Positions 59,219-64,000 of a DNA stretch of 64,000 nucleotides are shown here, piece by piece (the stretch's first letter is position 1; each line of letters opens with the position of its first letter). The DNA is from an uncultured Gemmatimonadota bacterium (GTDB taxonomy: Bacteria; GCA-2686955), in contig CAZBBK010000002.1 of the NCBI GenBank assembly GCA_964490075.1, forward strand, positions 50,105 through 114,104, read 5' to 3'. The position numbers and the translations under genes are program-made. The notes under the pieces are model-generated. The model was not told the DNA's origin, ran no database searches, and saw only the letters and a program-made list of their open reading frames with translations.

Positions 59219-59881
59219 TTGCGGCGATGGCGAAGGGGACCCCGCACCCCGCCGGAGCGGCGGAAGGGGAGCATCTTGTCCAGGGCCAAATCCGACTCGA
59301 ACAAGGGCAACGGCACCCAGGTCTACACCACTGTCGAGGTGGCCAAGCTCTGCAACGTGACCCAGCGCGCGGTGATCTACTGGATCGAGCAGGGGCGGCT
59401 GAGCGCCTACCGCACGCCGGGCGGTCACCGGCGCATCACCGAGGACGACCTGAAGACCTTCATGGATGCCTACCGGATCCCGGTCGGCGACGACTCCGAT
59501 CCGCGCCGCCGGCGTCGCATCCTGGTGGTCGACGATTCCGCGGAGTTCGTCGACATGATCCGGCGCATGATCCGGCTGATCGACGATCGCTACGAGGTGG
59601 CGACCGCTGGCTCCGGTTTCGACGCCGGGGTCATGGTCTGCCGCTGGCAGCCGGAGCTGATCGTGCTCGACGTGCTGCTGCCCGAGATGGACGGCTACGA
59701 AGTTTGCCGCACCCTGAAATCCGACGATTCGACCCGCGGTATCATCGTGGTGGCGATCTCGGGGAGCCCGGATCCGGAGATGCGCCGCCGAATCCTCGCC
59801 TGCGGCGCCGACGAATTCGTGGCCAAGCCGCTGGACGCCGGCGCGCTGCGCGAGCTGCTCGGGCGCTACGTGCCGGTCTGA
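59219..59881 (+). CDS. response regulator with N-terminal excisionase/MerR-type HTH and C-terminal receiver domain
   Basis: HTH TTVEVAKLCNVTQRAVIYWIEQGRL; REC RILVVDDS...LIVLDVLLPEMDG...FVAKP; start uncertain (may be shorter). Confidence 0.6.
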   Translation: MRRWRRGPRTPPERRKGSILSRAKSDSNKGNGTQVYTTVEVAKLCNVTQRAVIYWIEQGRLSAYRTPGGHRRITEDDLKTFMDAYRIPVGDDSDPRRRRRILVVDDSAEFVDMIRRMIRLIDDRYEVATAGSGFDAGVMVCRWQPELIVLDVLLPEMDGYEVCRTLKSDDSTRGIIVVAISGSPDPEMRRRILACGADEFVAKPLDAGALRELLGRYVPV

Positions 59882-59927
59882 TGCCGCGACGGATGCTCCC
59901 AACGCCGGCTCGCTGAAGGTCTGCGAC

Positions 59928-60812
59928 GTGGCAAGAAAGAGCGCCCCCAGGATCGCCTTCGTCGCCTCGGGCGGCGGCGGCAAGGGGCTGGCCCACGTCG
60001 GTGTGCTGCGCGCCTGCGAGGAGGCCCGGCTCGACCTCGACGTGTTGGTGGGAACCAGCGCCGGGGCCTTCGCCTGCGCCCTGATCGCCGCCGGCGTCGA
60101 CTCGGAGTCGCTGGTGGCCCCCTTTCGCTCCTCGCGGGGTGCCCGCCGCTGGGGCGATTTCCGCTCGCCCTTGCCGATCTTCAGCCGCCCCAACCTGGAG
60201 CGGCTGAGCGGCAGCTTCAGCCGCACCCGCGGTTTGTGGCGCGCCGACGGGATCGAGACATTCTTGCGCAAGGCGCTGCCGGCCAACGACTTTTCGGATC
60301 TGGAGCGGGAGCTCCACGTGGTCACCACCGACCTGGCCTCGTCCAACCGGGTGGTGTTCGACGCCACGCGCGAGGCGCCGGTCTCGAAGGCGGTGGCCGC
60401 CTCGATGTGCGTGCCGGTGGTGTTTCGTCCTTTTCGGGTCGACGGGCGCGAGTACGTCGACGGCTCGATCAGCCGCTCGTTGTCGCTCGACGTGGCCTGC
60501 GCCGCCGGCGCCGAGCTGATCATCGCCTCGATGGTCCACTCGCCCTACCAGGAGGAGGAGGACGCCTTCCCGCATCGCGGCATGATTCGCATCGTCAACC
60601 AGGCGATCAACACCATGGCCCGCACCCGCGCCTACATGGAGCTCGACCTCTGCCGGCACCAGCATCCCGACGTGCGCGTGGTGCTGGTGGAGCCGGTGCG
60701 CAAGGACCCGGGAATGGTCAACGCTTTCAGTCCCCACGAGGCCTGGAACGTGATCGTCACCGGCTACGCGGCGGCGCGCCGGTCGCTACGCGAGGCCGGT
60801 CTGCTCTCGTGA
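59928..60812 (+). CDS. patatin-like phospholipase (RssA-like)
   Basis: GGGGKG oxyanion motif, GTSAG (GxSxG), DGS catalytic Asp; 294 aa. Confidence 0.8.
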   Translation: MARKSAPRIAFVASGGGGKGLAHVGVLRACEEARLDLDVLVGTSAGAFACALIAAGVDSESLVAPFRSSRGARRWGDFRSPLPIFSRPNLERLSGSFSRTRGLWRADGIETFLRKALPANDFSDLERELHVVTTDLASSNRVVFDATREAPVSKAVAASMCVPVVFRPFRVDGREYVDGSISRSLSLDVACAAGAELIIASMVHSPYQEEEDAFPHRGMIRIVNQAINTMARTRAYMELDLCRHQHPDVRVVLVEPVRKDPGMVNAFSPHEAWNVIVTGYAAARRSLREAGLLS

Positions 60813-61711
60813 GCCGATCCGCCGCCGGCGCCGCTCCCCAGCTGCGCGCCTTCGTCGACTACTTGAGCAGCGAGCGCCAGCTCGCGGCGCCGACGATCGA
60901 GGCCTACCGCCGCGACCTGGAGCGCTACGCCGGCTACCTGGCCGGCCGCGGCCTCGACCCCCAGGGCGCGTCCGGCGCCGACGCCCGGGCCTACCTGCGG
61001 CTGCTCACCGAGCTCCACCTTGCGCCCGCGTCGGTGGCGCGCAATCTGTCGGCGATCAAGACCTTCTACCGCTTCATGGTGCTCGAGAAGGCGCTCGAGA
61101 ACGACCCGGTGGCGGCGCTGGCGACCCCACGCAAGGAGCGCCGGCTGCCGCGCATCCTCAGCGCCGTGGAGGCGGGCGCCCTGTGCCAGGCTCCCGACCC
61201 GAGCACCCCGCTGGGGCAGCGCGACCGGGCGGTCTTCGAGCTGCTCTACGGCGCCGGGCTGCGGGTCAGCGAGCTCACCGGGCTCACCCTCGCTTGCGTC
61301 GACTTCGACGGCGCCAGCCTGCGCGTCGACGGCAAGGGGGGGAGGATGCGCTTGATCCCGATCGGCCGCGCGGCTCTCGGCGCCGCCCGGCGCTGGGCCG
61401 AAGAGGGTCGGGCGGCGCTGGCGCGCCCGGGCGTCGCCGAGCTGATCCTGAGCGTGCGCGGCCGGGCCATCAGCCGCATGGGACTGTGGAAGATGATCCG
61501 CCGCCACGCGCTGCCGCTGGGGCTGGCGGAGCGCGTCTCGCCCCACGTGCTGCGTCACTGTTTCGCCACCCACCTGCTCGAGGGCGGCGCCGACCTGCGC
61601 GTGGTTCAGGAGCTGCTCGGCCACCGCGACATCTCCACCACCCAGATCTACACCCACCTCGATCGCTCCTACCTGCGCGAGGTGCACCGCACTTTTCATC
61701 CGCGGGCGTAG
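60809..61711 (+). CDS. xerD: site-specific tyrosine recombinase XerD
   Basis: GTG start overlapping the patatin stop; R..HxxR..Y catalytic residues; C-terminus LLGHRDISTTQIYTHL...HPRA is XerD-like. Confidence 0.8.
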   Translation: MSRSAAGAAPQLRAFVDYLSSERQLAAPTIEAYRRDLERYAGYLAGRGLDPQGASGADARAYLRLLTELHLAPASVARNLSAIKTFYRFMVLEKALENDPVAALATPRKERRLPRILSAVEAGALCQAPDPSTPLGQRDRAVFELLYGAGLRVSELTGLTLACVDFDGASLRVDGKGGRMRLIPIGRAALGAARRWAEEGRAALARPGVAELILSVRGRAISRMGLWKMIRRHALPLGLAERVSPHVLRHCFATHLLEGGADLRVVQELLGHRDISTTQIYTHLDRSYLREVHRTFHPRA

Positions 61712-61722
61712 CGGCCAGCGCC

Positions 61723-63714
61723 TCAGACCCGCGCCTCCACCTCCCGCGCCACCCGCTCGACGCTGAATCCGAGCGCGGCCATCGCCTCGGCTCCCGGTGC
61801 CGAGGTGCCGAAGCGGTCGAGCCCGAGCACCACGCCTCGCTCTCCCACCCAGCGCCGCCAGCCCTGGCTCACTCCGGCCTCGATGGCCACCTTGAGCTCG
61901 ATCTCGGGCGCCAGAACGGCGCGCCGGTAGGCCTCGTCTTGAGCCTCGAAGAGCTCCCAGGAGGGCATCGAGACCACCCGCGCGGCGATGCCCCGCTCGG
62001 CCAGGCGGACCTGGGCGTCGAGCGCCAGCGACACTTCGGAGCCGGTGGCCAGGAGCAGCGCGCGCGGCGTTTCGGGTGCATCCGAGAGCACGTAGGCGCC
62101 GCGGCCTACGCCCTCGGGCGACGCACCGGCCAGCACCGGCAGCGCCTGGCGCGAGAGGATCAGCGCCGTCGGTCCTTCGCGCCGGGCCAGGGCGAGCTGC
62201 CAGGCGGCCGCGGTCTCGGTGGCGTCGGCGGGGCGGATCACGGTCAGACCGGGCAGGGCGCGCAGGCTCGCCAGCTGCTCCACCGGCTGGTGGGTGGGGC
62301 CGTCCTCGCCGAGGCCGATCGAGTCGTGGCTCCAGAGGTAGATCACCGGCAGCCCGCCCATCGCAGCCAGGCGCAGGGCGGGCCGCATGTAGTCCGAGAA
62401 GACCAGGAAAGTGCCGACGTAGGGCCGCATGCCGCCGTGCAGGGCGATGCCGTTGGCGATCGCGCCCATGGCGTGCTCGCGGATTCCGAAGTGGAGGTTG
62501 CGACCGGCCCCGGTGGCGGCGTCGAAGTCGGCTTCGCCCTCGAGGCGGGTCAGCACCGAGGCCGCCAGATCGGCGCTGCCGCCGGCCAGCCAGGGGATAT
62601 GCGCGGCCAGCGCGTTGAGCGTGTCGCGCGAGGCCTTGCGGGTCGCGATCGCGGCACCGGGCGCGGCGTGGGGGAGGAGCTCCTCGACCCCATCCGGAAT
62701 CCGGCCATTGCGCATATCGTCCCACATTAGAGCAAGATCCGGGTGCTCCTTAGACCAGGACTCGAAGTCGTCGCGCCAGCGCGCGTGGGCCGCGCGGCCG
62801 CGCTCGGTGGCAGCGGCGAAGTGGGTTCTGGCCGCCTCGGGCACCGCGAGAGGCGCGGCCTCGGTCCAGCCCAGCGCCTGCTTGGTGCGCTGCAGCTCTT
62901 CGTCACCGAGCGGGCTGCCGTGGACCTTGGGGGTGTTGGCGCGGTTCGGGGATCCGAAGCCGATGGTGGTGCGGATCAGGATGATCGAGGGGCGCTTCCG
63001 CTCGGCCCGGGCGGCGCTGATCGCGGCATCGATCGCATCGATGTCGCGGTCGCCGTCCTCGACCCGCACTACATGCCAGCCGTAGGCGGCGAAGCGCGCC
63101 GCGACATCCTCACCCGCGAAGGCGAGCGAGGTGTCGCCGTCGATGGTGATGCGGTTGTCGTCGTAGAGCCAGATCAGCTTGCCCAGCCCCAGGTGTCCGG
63201 CCAGCGACGCCGCCTCGGCCGTCACCCCCTCCATCAGGTCGCCGTCCGAGACCAGGGCATAGCTGTGGTGACCGACGATCTCGTGCCCCGGTCGGTTGAA
63301 GAGATGCGCCAGCATGCGCTCGGCGATCGCCATCCCGACCGAGCTGGCGGCACCCTGACCGAGCGGTCCGGTGGTCGCCTCGACCCCATCCGTCCAGCCC
63401 TGCTCGGGATGGCCGGGAGTGCGGCTGCCGAGCTGCCGGAAGGCGCGCAGGTCGTCGAGCTCGAGCCGGTAGCCGCTCGAGTGCAGCAGCGCGTAGAGCA
63501 GCGCGCTGCCGTGCCCGGCCGAGAGCACGAAGCGGTCGCGATCGGGCCAGTCGGAGGCCGCGGGATCGTGGCGCAGGTGGCGCTGCCACAGCACGTAGGC
63601 CATCGGCGCGGCCCCCAGCGGCAGCCCCGGGTGGCCGGAGCGCGCGGCCTGGATGGTGTCGATGGCCAGGGTGCGGAGGGTGTCGATGCAGAGCTGGTCG
63701 AGCGATGTCGGCAC
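61723..63714 (-). CDS. tkt: transketolase
   Basis: SGHPG, GDG...EG ThDP motifs; GTG start proposed at VPTSLDQL (tool ORF extends to 63765); about 663 aa. Confidence 0.85.
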   Translation of the reverse strand: MPTSLDQLCIDTLRTLAIDTIQAARSGHPGLPLGAAPMAYVLWQRHLRHDPAASDWPDRDRFVLSAGHGSALLYALLHSSGYRLELDDLRAFRQLGSRTPGHPEQGWTDGVEATTGPLGQGAASSVGMAIAERMLAHLFNRPGHEIVGHHSYALVSDGDLMEGVTAEAASLAGHLGLGKLIWLYDDNRITIDGDTSLAFAGEDVAARFAAYGWHVVRVEDGDRDIDAIDAAISAARAERKRPSIILIRTTIGFGSPNRANTPKVHGSPLGDEELQRTKQALGWTEAAPLAVPEAARTHFAAATERGRAAHARWRDDFESWSKEHPDLALMWDDMRNGRIPDGVEELLPHAAPGAAIATRKASRDTLNALAAHIPWLAGGSADLAASVLTRLEGEADFDAATGAGRNLHFGIREHAMGAIANGIALHGGMRPYVGTFLVFSDYMRPALRLAAMGGLPVIYLWSHDSIGLGEDGPTHQPVEQLASLRALPGLTVIRPADATETAAAWQLALARREGPTALILSRQALPVLAGASPEGVGRGAYVLSDAPETPRALLLATGSEVSLALDAQVRLAERGIAARVVSMPSWELFEAQDEAYRRAVLAPEIELKVAIEAGVSQGWRRWVGERGVVLGLDRFGTSAPGAEAMAALGFSVERVAREVEARV

Positions 63715-63815
63715 GGTTGGGGCTCCGGAGTTGGCAGCGCGGGGTGGGGGAGAGGCGCCGCGCAAGCTATCCGATGCGGTGGCGGCGGAGGCGGTGGATG
63801 GGTCCGCGTGGATCT

Positions 63816-64000
63816 CTATAGCTGCTCATAGCCGCGTTCGATCAGAGCCCGAAAGCGGTGACCGATCCGGTTCCAATCGACGAGGTCGACCCGAAAGCGC
63901 AGCTCCGATTCCTCGAAGTCCTCCTTCAGGAGCCAGAGTATCCGCCGGGGGATCGGCTCGTCTCCGACCAGCGCGAGATCGAGGTCCGAATAGGCGCGGG
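63816..64000 (-). CDS. partial gene (3-prime end) of a Pol-beta-superfamily nucleotidyltransferase-like protein; runs past the window edge
   Basis: revcomp translation ...[56 protein letters not shown] ending at TAG 63816..63818. Confidence 0.3.
   Translation of the reverse strand, partial: RAYSDLDLALVGDEPIPRRILWLLKEDFEESELRFRVDLVDWNRIGHRFRALIERGYEQL

Noticed and set aside
59928-60812. Patatin-like phospholipase as a CBASS (CapV-type) effector
   Set aside because: No CD-NTase/cyclase or Cap2/Cap3 genes nearby. The sequence resembles housekeeping RssA-like patatins, and the neighbours are a regulator and xerD.
60809-61711. Tyrosine recombinase as a prophage/ICE integrase marking a mobile element
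   Set aside because: Its length (300 aa), motifs and XerD-type C-terminus (…HPRA) indicate the chromosomal dimer-resolution recombinase. No attachment-site repeats, tRNA target or phage genes are nearby.

Overview
High-GC (~70%) bacterial chromosomal segment from a diderm organism. The phylum cannot be fixed from sequence alone; the BamA-TamB and PorX-like signals fit Gemmatimonadota-like or other environmental lineages. Gene density is very high, and many neighbouring genes share start/stop codons (ATGA/GTGA/TTGA).

Layout:
- 1-24.5 kb: one co-directional plus-strand array. It begins with trpB-trpA-aroA-aroE-(aroK-aroB fusion)-aroQ. It continues as an envelope-biogenesis supercluster: cdsA-rseP, a lipoprotein carrying CX4CH/CXXCH motifs, an Omp85 protein (BamA/TamA family), tamB, then a sensor kinase and a REC-PglZ-like response regulator of PorY/PorX architecture. 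These are followed by tsaE-tsaB-rimI, a secreted HExxH metalloprotease with a T9SS/FlgD-Ig-like C-terminal domain, PNP, accD and folC.
- 24.5-41.4 kb: a low-GC WbqC-like gene, an orphan MalK-like ATPase and lptD. Then a secreted S8 protease, two tandem BNR-repeat paralogs and two Amidase_3 cell-wall amidases, one of which has a duplicated, partly degenerate catalytic domain. Then a CoA-transferase subunit, a YfgM-like TPR protein, and a toxin-antitoxin islet (HepT/MntA plus VapBC) with palindromic operator-like repeats.
- 41.6-56.8 kb, minus strand: a ~15 kb translationally coupled surface-glycan island. It holds an initiating WecA-like transferase, a Wzx-like flippase, about six GT2/GT4 glycosyltransferases, a GtrB-like/GT-C pair, a NodU/CmcH-type carbamoyltransferase, an NPPY-motif methyltransferase, a second methyltransferase and an MBL hydrolase.
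- 56.8-64 kb: grxC, a REC-PAS-HK hybrid kinase, an HTH-REC regulator with inverted domain order, a patatin-like phospholipase, xerD, transketolase and a partial nucleotidyltransferase gene at the window edge.

No rRNA, tRNA, CRISPR array or IS element was recognised. Many long ORFs in the track are GC-driven artefacts on the opposite strand of real genes. Calls below were made from protein-family recognition, start/stop overlaps and RBS context. Hand-placed regulatory coordinates may be off by a base or two.
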